From the human T2T-CHM13v2.0 reference genome, Homo sapiens, in the NCBI RefSeq assembly GCF_009914755.1, contig NC_060929.1: a stretch of DNA of 64,000 nucleotides; one strand, written 5' to 3'. Each line of letters starts with the position of its first letter. Within the stretch, counting starts at the first letter, position 1. Positions 61,344-64,000 of this stretch are shown in pieces. The notes beneath the pieces were generated by a model that made no database searches, was not told the origin of the DNA, and worked only from the letters and a program-made list of their open reading frames with translations. A program made the position numbers and the translations under genes.

Positions 61344-64000
61344 GTCACTCACCACATAAACAGAATTAAAAGCAAAAACCAAATGATTATCTCAATAGAC
61401 ACAAAGCTTTTGATAAAATTCAACATTCCTTTATGTTAGAAATCTTCAATAAGCTGGCATCAAAGGAACATACCTCAAAATAATACGAGCCATTTATTAC
61501 AAACTCACAGCCAACATCATACTGAATGGGCAAAAGCTAAATACATTCCTCTTGATAGCTGGAACAAGAAAAGTAACCCCACTCTCACCACTTTTATTCA
61601 ACATAGTAATTGAAGTCCTAGTCAGAACAACCAGGAAAGAGAAAGAAATAAAATGTATCCAAGAAGCAAGAGAGGAAGGCAAACTATCTCTCTTCACATA
61701 TGATATCATTCTATTCCTACAAAACCCCATAGACTCAAAAAGGCTCCTAAAACTGATAAACAACCTCAGTAAACTTTCAGGATATGAAATTAATGTGCAA
61801 AAATCAGTAGCCTTTCTATACACCAATAATGTCAAACTGAGAGTCAAATAAAGAACATGATCCCATTTACAATATTCACAAAAAAATAAAGTACCTAGGA
61901 ATACAGCTAATCAAAGAGGTGAAAGATCTCTACAATGAGAATTACAAGACACTGCTAAAAGAAATCAGAGACGACACAAGTGGAAAAACAATTTACAAAT
62001 TCAATGCTATTCCTTTCAAATGTCCAATGTCATTTTATATAGAATTAGAAAAAAACAATCCTAATGTTTATATTAAACCCAAAAACAGCCTGACTAGGCA
62101 AAGTAATCTTAAGCAAAAAGAGCAAACCAGAGGCATGACACTTCCCAACCCCAAACTATACTAAAAGGCTACAGCAAACAAAACAGCATGGTACTGCTAC
62201 AAAAACGGGCATGCAGACCAATGGAACAGATAGAGAATCCAGAAATAAGGCCTAACATTTACAACCATCTGATCTTCCATGAAGTTGACAATAACAGGCA
62301 TTGTGGAAAAGACTCCATACTTAATGAATAGTGCTGTGATAACTGGCTAGTCATATGTGGAAGATTGAAACTGAACCCCTTCCTGTCACCATATATGAAA
62401 ATCAACTCAAGATGAATTAAACTCTAAAATATAAGACCCAAAATTATAAAAACAATAGAAGAAAACCTAGAAAATACCTTTCTGGACATTGGCCTTCGCA
62501 AAGAATTTGTGACTAGGTCCCCAAAAGCAACTGTAACAAAAATTAAAATCGACAAGTGGGGCCTAATTAAATGAAAAAGCTTCTGCACAGCAAAAGAAAC
62601 TATCAACAGAGTCAGCAGACAACTTAGAGAACGGGATAAAATATTTGCAAACTATCCATCTGACAAAGGTCTAATATCCAGAATCTATAAAGAACATAAA
62701 TAAATCAACAAGCAAAAAAACATACATTCTCATTTTTAAAAAATGGGTAAAAGACATGAACAGACTTCTTAAAAGAAGACATACATGCAGCCAACAAATA
62801 CATGGAAAAATGTTGAAACTCATTGATGACTAGAGAGATGTAAATCAAAACCACAGTGAGACACTATCTCACACCAGTCAGAATGGCGAATATTAAAAAC
62901 TCAGAAAATAACAGATGTTGACAAGGTTGCAGAGAAAAGGGAATGCTTATACGCTGCTGGTGGGAATGCAAATTAATACAGCCTTTGTGGAAACCAGTTT
63001 GGTGATTTCTCTAAGAACTTAAAAAAGAACTACTATTTAACTCAGCTATCCCACTATTGAGTATATACCCCAAGAAAAATAAATCATTCCACCAGGAAGA
63101 CACACACACTCATATGTTCATTGCAGCACTATTCACAATAGCAAAGACAAGGAACCAATATAGGTACCCATCAATAGTGGAATGGATAAAAAAAACTGTG
63201 GTAAAAATACACCATGGAATACTGTGCAGCCATAAAAAAGAATGAGATCATGTCCTTTGCAGCAACATTGTTAGAGGTGGAGGCCATTATCATAAGCAAA
63301 TTAGCACAGGAACACAAACCTGAATACTGCATGCTCTCACTTGCCAGAAGGAACTAAGCATTGAGTACACATGAACACAAAGATAGGAACAATAGACACT
63401 TGCAACTTCTTGAGGTGGGAGGGCAGGATCATGGGTTGAAAAACGACCTATCAGATACTATGCTCACTGCCTGGGTGACGGGATCATTTGTACACCATAC
63501 CTAAATGACATAAAATATACCCATGTAACAACCCTGCACATGTGCCCCCTGAACCTGAAATAAAAGTTGAAAAAAACAGAAAAACTTATTCATGCATAAA
63601 AGGAAGTTTGTTAACAAAAAAAAAAAAAAAAAAGAAATTGCAAAATCTCTGAAAACAAAAAGAGGAAGGATTCTCATCCAGGAGACTGGGCTGTGAAATA
63701 AGAACCCTCTATTCTAGTTAGTCCTTGATTTTGCTTTACCTGGATATATTTACCTAAAGCAGAAGTGGCTGACTGCTCACCTAGGCTTCAGCTCTCCTAT
63801 AGGGTAGGGTTGTTGCTGAGAAAGGGGTGCCCAGCCGCAGGCTCCATTTCCCAGCACCCTTTTATGTAAGTGCCTATCTCACCAATGTGGGTATACATGA
63901 CGTGTGTCACTTTCTAGCTGAAATGGTAAAGAAATAGATTTGCCTTCTTCTAAATTCTCTTTTTCATCATGTCAAAGCTCAGATATTCCCTGAAGGCACA

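Larger units (their letters stand above)
56680..63576 (+). mobile_element. Full-length L1PA15/16-like element, interrupted by an Alu and an MSTA LTR
   Basis: CCAAGATGGCC start, ORF1 remnant from about 57847, ORF2 ATG at 58906 (MTESNSH), 3' end AACCTGAAATAAAAGTTGAAAAAAA. Confidence 0.93.

Overview
This window is AT-rich, CpG-depleted simian-primate (human-like) nuclear DNA that is intronic or intergenic. It is not prokaryotic. I see no intact protein-coding gene, RNA gene, CRISPR array or novel multi-gene system. The protein-like ORFs in the track are broken LINE-1 ORF1/ORF2 pieces; the rest are Alu, antisense-L1 or chance ORFs. Much of the window, and nearly all of 43.7-63.6 kb, is layered transposon debris: a 5'-truncated L1PA4/5-like element, a full-length L1PA6-like element, a full-length L1PA15/16-like element, older L1M elements, six Alus and a FLAM, MaLR/ERVL LTRs, MIR/L2 and small DNA transposons. 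Subfamily names come from my recall of consensus sequences and need RepeatMasker/Dfam confirmation. The most notable directly visible structures are (1) an L1 3' transduction of about 215 bp bounded by an 18-bp TSD (13501-16785); (2) a 55-bp inverted copy of sequence 1.2 kb downstream, embedded in a palindromic patchwork scar (22989-23105); (3) a TSD-bounded old L1 that collapsed internally, with an inverted junction piece and half an MST provirus; and (4) a few strong-looking isolated splice-site pairs that may be exons of an unidentified transcript.
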